This document shows, one piece after another, positions 35,212 to 36,392 of a stretch of 36,392 nucleotides of DNA. A program made the translations under genes and the position numbers. This stretch comes from a virus (lineage: Duplodnaviria > Caudoviricetes). The stretch covers positions 1 through 36,392 of IMG/VR virus record IMGVR_UViG_3300027921_000165; one strand, 5' to 3'. The stretch's first letter is position 1. The number at the start of each line of letters is the position of its first letter. Under the pieces are notes generated by a model. It did not search any database. It saw only the letters and a list, made by a program, of their open reading frames with translations, and had not been told where the DNA came from.

Positions 35212-35771
35212 GTTTTCAGTTTTTACGCGGAACGACGGCCAAGATCGCCGCATACATCGGATTGATCGGTGAGGTAACGGTAGATACCGACAAAAAAACG
35301 CTCGTGGTGCATGATGGGGTAACGCCTGGCGGATCGGCCATGGTGCCGGAAAAACATCTTGCTGGCGCCGTAGTGTTTTTTGCGATGAGCAGCACCCCGC
35401 CCGGCTGGCTCCGCGCAAACGGCGCGGCAGTGAGCCGGACGGCCTACGCTGCGTTGTTTTCTGCAATCGGTACTACGTTTGGTGCGGGCGATGGCGCAAC
35501 AACATTCAATTTGCCCGACCTTCGCGGTGAGTTTGCGCGGGGCTGGGATGACGCCCGAGGGGTTGATGCGGCCCGGGCGCTGGGATCGGCCCAGTCGGAC
35601 GGGTTCAAATCACACACGCACACTGTGGTGGCCACCGTCACCGGTGCCGCAATGACGCCCACGTCCGGTGCCTATAACTGCCTATCCGCTGCGGGCCAAG
35701 AGGCCTACGCGACCGGCGGAACAGAGACGAGGCCGCGAAACATCGCGTTGCTCGCCTGCGTGAAATACTGA
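35208..35771 (+). CDS. Mtd_N-like domain + tail collar domain fibre tip protein
   Basis: 'QF.RGTTA....Y.G..GE.TVDTDK..LVVHDG.T.GG'; collar 'PPGWL.ANG..VSRT.YA.LF.AIGT..G.GDG..TFNLPDLRGEF.RG'; 'ETRPRNIA'. Confidence 0.88.
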   Translation: MSFQFLRGTTAKIAAYIGLIGEVTVDTDKKTLVVHDGVTPGGSAMVPEKHLAGAVVFFAMSSTPPGWLRANGAAVSRTAYAALFSAIGTTFGAGDGATTFNLPDLRGEFARGWDDARGVDAARALGSAQSDGFKSHTHTVVATVTGAAMTPTSGAYNCLSAAGQEAYATGGTETRPRNIALLACVKY

Positions 35772-35786
35772 TTCGGAGGATTGACC

Positions 35787-36392
35787 ATGAAAAACATCTA
35801 TCACTATCACCCGGAAACGGGCGTTCTCCTGGGGGGAGCCGTCGCGGATGAGTCGCCCTTGGAGCAGGGTACATACCTCATCCCGGCGCACGCCACCGAT
35901 ATTCCGCCGCCTGTCTGCGCCGATGGCCAGCAGGCGGTATTTATCGGCGCCAATTGGGAGGTGCGGGACGTGGTGATCCCCCCGCCGCCCCCGCCGCCCC
36001 CGCCGCCCCCGCCGCCATCAGTCGAGCAGATCCGGGCCGCACAGCGCGCCGCGCTGGTGAATGCCTGCCAGGCCGCGATAACGGGCGGCTACGTTTGCGC
36101 CGCCCTGGGCGCACCTCACACCTATCCCAGCACGCCCCTGGATCAGCAGAATATGGCGGCATCCGTGCTGGATTCGCTGTTGCCGGGGCGCGTGGAGGGG
36201 TGGGGCACCCCGTTCTGGTGCGCCGATGCCGCCGGCGTCTGGGCCAGGCGCCCGCATACGGCGGCGCAAATTCAAGCCGCTGGGGCCGAAGGCAAGGCAC
36301 GTGTGGTGGCCTGCCAGGATCGCCTGGAGGCATTGTCCGCGGCGCTCGCAGTCGCTACGACCCCCGAAGAGGTGGCGGCCGTAGTCTGGTAG
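35787..36392 (+). CDS. Tail fibre assembly-like protein (DUF4376-like C-terminus)
   Basis: 'YHY...TG..L....AD.SP.E...LIPA.AT..PP'; poly-Pro linker; 'C..AI..G....ALG..H.Y.S...DQ.N'. Confidence 0.8.
   Translation: MKNIYHYHPETGVLLGGAVADESPLEQGTYLIPAHATDIPPPVCADGQQAVFIGANWEVRDVVIPPPPPPPPPPPPPSVEQIRAAQRAALVNACQAAITGGYVCAALGAPHTYPSTPLDQQNMAASVLDSLLPGRVEGWGTPFWCADAAGVWARRPHTAAQIQAAGAEGKARVVACQDRLEALSAALAVATTPEEVAAVVW
35979..36017 (+). repeat. 9-bp tandem repeat encoding 13 prolines
   Basis: (CCCCCGCCG)x4 + CCA. Confidence 0.95.

Larger units (their letters stand above)
1..36392. mobile_element. Mu-like transposable prophage (contractile tail), ends not included
   Basis: DDE transposase + AAA ATPase pair, Gam, GemA, Mor, Mu-type portal/gpF/gpG/protease/capsid/sheath/baseplate genes; no host genes recognised. 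Confidence 0.97.

Noticed and set aside
35208-35771. Diversity-generating retroelement suggested by the Mtd_N-like domain
   Set aside because: No reverse transcriptase, Avd or TR/VR pair seen in the window; C-terminus is a collar-type domain
1-36392. att ends, gin invertase, com/mom genes
   Set aside because: Window starts and ends at stop codons; none of these is recognisable inside it, though they may lie outside

Overview
The whole window is one GC-rich transposable (Mu-like) prophage with a contractile tail; its early region resembles the B3/BcepMu type. It is cut at gene boundaries, so neither att end is visible. The layout is unusual. The lysis, packaging, portal, gpF and gpG block (1-8884) reads leftwards. 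The repressor, early and transposition module (9963-19809) sits in the middle. Protease, capsid, tail, baseplate and fibre genes (20249-36392) read rightwards. Flipping roughly 1-19.9 kb would restore the canonical G-I adjacency. Non-coding structure read directly from the sequence: (i) four late promoters sharing the palindrome CGGGAAACGTTTCCCG exactly 25 bp before a -10-like hexamer; (ii) a complete c4-type antisense RNA switch controlling a BRO antirepressor; (iii) three phased CTC-N6-GAG palindromes with an IHF-like site at the module junction; (iv) several REP doublets, one carrying an in-frame TAA inside the endolysin; (v) a -1 frameshift site in the tail chaperone. The fibre locus is a chain of small proteins with C-terminal DGG/DFG peptides and Mtd_N-like N-terminal domains. 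All product names come from motif recognition and synteny, not from database searches.
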